Origin: Candidatus Latescibacterota bacterium | Lineage (GTDB): Bacteria > Latescibacterota > UBA2968 > GCA-2709665 | Assembly (NCBI GenBank): GCA_965248435.1 | Contig: OZ252100.1 | Coordinates: forward strand, 4,672,001 to 4,736,000 | Reading direction: 5' to 3' | DNA: 64,000 bases | In this document: positions 61,449 through 64,000 of the stretch, piece after piece | How positions within the stretch are numbered: position 1 is the first letter of the stretch | Layout of the letters: every line of letters begins with the position of its first letter | Program-made: the position numbers and the translations under genes | Notes under the pieces: model-generated | Seen by the model: the letters and a program-made list of their open reading frames with translations, nothing else | The model's database searches: none | Told to the model about the DNA's origin: nothing

Positions 61449-62066
61449 TTAGAAGTTGCGCTTCAGCACCAGCGGAGACGGTTGTCCCCACTTGCCGGTG
61501 AACACGAACTGACTCAGCGGCTTTCGCTGCCTCGGTGTTAGATCGCGCTCTTTCAGAGCATCTGGCAGTTTGGCCGGGTCTGCCTTGTATCCGATCGCCA
61601 TAGCCGTCCACGCCTCATAATGCTCCGGTATTTGGTAGACCTCACGCGCCTTGTCGGGAAGTATACCGATCATCTGATGGACACACAGGCCTCGGGCCGT
61701 CGCCTCGACCACCAAATTTCCGGCGGCAAGACCAAGGTCGTGAACGGCGGCCCGATTGTCCTTGTTGTTCTGCGAAAATTTCAGACTAACGACACCCAAC
61801 ACAAGCACCGGTGCAGCCTTCGCCCACTCTTGATTTGCCTCTACGAGACAGGAGAGGAGTCGTGCGAACTCCTCAGGATTTTCCTTGGTCGCAACAAAAA
61901 AGTTCCAAGGCTGTTCGTTATAGGAGGACGCTGCCCAGCGAGCCGCCTCAAACAAAGAGCGGAGGTCGGCCTCCGCAACCGACCGGTCTTCGAAGCCGTA
62001 GGGGCTCCACCGTTCCGCAAGAAGGTCGTGGATTGGATAATCTGTCGATGCTTTCTTATCAGTCAT
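61449..62066 (-). CDS. Nitroreductase family protein
   Basis: RWSPYGF, AARWAASSYNEQPW, HQMIG. Confidence 0.92.
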   Translation of the reverse strand: MTDKKASTDYPIHDLLAERWSPYGFEDRSVAEADLRSLFEAARWAASSYNEQPWNFFVATKENPEEFARLLSCLVEANQEWAKAAPVLVLGVVSLKFSQNNKDNRAAVHDLGLAAGNLVVEATARGLCVHQMIGILPDKAREVYQIPEHYEAWTAMAIGYKADPAKLPDALKERDLTPRQRKPLSQFVFTGKWGQPSPLVLKRNF

Positions 62067-62439
62067 AATCGTTCTCCATTAGATTAATTTAAGATTCTTT
62101 ACTTTAGTAGCTGCGTTGCAACCACCACTGTATTAATTAATTACGTCGCTGGATCTACCCCGTGCACTCCTTGTATAGATGGAAACCGTTCCGCAAATAT
62201 TGCTTAATTCTGTCTCCTTCTGTGAAGCCTTCCAAATGGCTTTTCCTTACTTGGCGTAGAGAAACTCAATCTAAATGGCGGATTTCTGATCCGATTTGCC
62301 GTCAGGCTTTCGACGACCGTCAGTGATGATGCTGCCAGCGGAAAACGCTCGTTTCAGTTCACACTTCTTCACACCGGCACCAAGGCTGAAGCCCCACGAG
62401 GATCAGGAGATGTCGCTGCGGGTCAGCTCGATGTTCAGG

Positions 62440-62751
62440 TCACTTCGGATGTAGATCTCGATGAACTCGGGCAGCAACACGTCGTTTGCTAGGAGTGTGA
62501 ACCGTTCGGTCAGCCTGTGCTCGGGCCTGTCGGTGAGGTGAACGATACGCCACCTGATCTGGGCTCGTATCGAGGAGCACAGGCTCGCCGATAGCCCTTA
62601 GAAGTCGATCGTGGGGTGAAGCGTACATCATCGAATCACTCTCACACAGCTCGAGATATTCCAGGAGATCCATCACTTCCTCTTGATGCTGGTCATACAG
62701 TTCCTTGAACCAATCTAATCTGTCTGTCGTAGGGGTTACTAACGTAGACAT
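62440..62751 (-). CDS. Hypothetical protein (mobile-element type)
   Basis: Strong RBS aaggagg upstream of the ATG at 62751. Confidence 0.45.
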   Translation of the reverse strand: MSTLVTPTTDRLDWFKELYDQHQEEVMDLLEYLELCESDSMMYASPHDRLLRAIGEPVLLDTSPDQVAYRSPHRQARAQADRTVHTPSKRRVAARVHRDLHPK

Positions 62752-63358
62752 GGCCAAACCTCCTTTAGGTGACGCTTTAGCAACTGAAATCGTAACGATC
62801 CAGGATATGCGCGGGAACGCTCGGTAAAGGGCAGCCCCGCAAGGAGCATTTCTGGCAGCCGGGAGGGAGTTAGCCGACCAGGAAGGCCCCGTCTAGGATC
62901 ATTCCTAGCCACGAGGCTGCCCTGACGCTCGTCTTCATAGATAAATCAGATAGAGCCAAACAGACGGGTTGCCCCATCAGAACCTACAAACAGTAATCTG
63001 AAATAGTTCACTTTCTAGGCCCTCGAACTCGTAAGCCTCGACGAAATCTCCTTCTGATCTCCGGGAGCCGAGAAAGTCTTATGGGCCAAGTCTGGTCGTG
63101 GAGATATACCATACGGTGTGAAAGTCTTCCCAACATAACGCCCTCCTTTTCGAAGTCCGCATCGGTCAGGATCGTGTGAGTTGTATTCTCCATTGCGCTG
63201 TCTCGCATTGCAAGGCGTATGCCAAAAACAAAAACCATTTGAGAAATGACTCAAATGGTTGGAAATACAACACCAAACTCAACAGAACCGTTTTACGGGC
63301 CTTCGGAAGAGACAAAAAAATCCCAATATCTTGGAGACTCGTTAAATATTGATAATTC

Positions 63359-63690
63359 TCATCTCTTGCACTTGATCCCTAGTTTCTTCATCCTCGCCTG
63401 CAAAGTCGTTGGCTTTATTTCCAGAATCTTTGCCGCACCCTTTTCTCCGCTTACCCGCCAGCCCGTTTGGTCCAACACTTTTAGGATATGTTCTCGCTCA
63501 AGCTCTTCCAGAGTAGAAACCGATGACCCGGCGGACGAGGCACGGGTTTTCGGGAGCCAGTCGCCCAATTCCAGTTGCCTTCCTGGGCTGGTGATCATGG
63601 CCCGCTCGATCACATTTTCCAGCTCCCGAACATTGCCCGGCCAGTGGTAGGCCTGCAGTTTGTCGAATTCTTTTTGCGGAATCGTTGCCG
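63359..63690 (-). pseudogene. C-terminal fragment of a sigma-54 enhancer-binding protein (FhlA/NtrC type)
   Basis: YHWPGNVRELENVIERA and Fis HTH GAAKILEIKPTTLQARMKKLG; Walker A and GAFTGA motifs absent. Confidence 0.8.
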
Positions 63691-64000
63691 GTGACGGGAT
63701 CATTGCCTTAATCGACAAAGATGTGCCGGAGTTTCTGGACACGAAAAAAAACACACGGCCAAACAGCGGAGTCAGTTCCATCTTCGGAAGGCCCTGATCC
63801 AGGCATGCAGTGACAAAATCTAATTGCACCCCGATGGCGAAGTTCAGCTTGATCTGCGGCTGAGTCCTCGTAGATTAGCCGAGGTCTTTCTTTCTTCTGC
63901 CAATAAGTTTAAACATCGAGATCGCGTTGTCTCTTGCCCCTACAGGTCTATAAATCCTTCTATCAAGCAAGCGTGATACACCCCTCCGCCATACGGGCAG

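Overview
This is a GC-rich bacterial chromosomal window. The dockerin style and the Gfo/Idh/MocA and DapA paralog expansions suggest Ca. Latescibacterota or a related lineage (inference). From 1 to 38 kb it is mostly housekeeping and accessory genes: a cohesin/dockerin surface protein, a TetR-controlled amidase/peptidase cluster, transporters, a TonB receptor operon, degP/degQ, CIRCE-groES-groEL and uppP. From 37.7 to 46.6 kb there is a sugar(-acid) catabolic-looking array with 2 Gfo/Idh/MocA enzymes and 4 DapA-family aldolases with non-canonical motifs. Next comes a FadR-family regulator divergent from a 9-gene cobalamin methyl-transfer operon (MtaA/CmuA-type methyltransferase, corrinoid protein, RACo activator, MetF-MetV fusion, split MetH domains, 2 Cys-motif hypotheticals); the regulator and 8 of these genes lie between near-identical 95-bp repeats. 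From 56.3 kb onward is a mobile/mosaic zone: IS30, RadC/JAB, gene fragments, and a 1.9-kb TIR-less segment cut mid-gene at both ends and flanked by an exact 9-bp direct repeat. Intergenic spaces carry several families of short periodic repeats, and an ISL3-like MITE sits inside a REP-like palindrome. Three apparent single-base frameshifts in short homopolymers may be sequencing errors. No tRNA, rRNA or CRISPR array was recognised.
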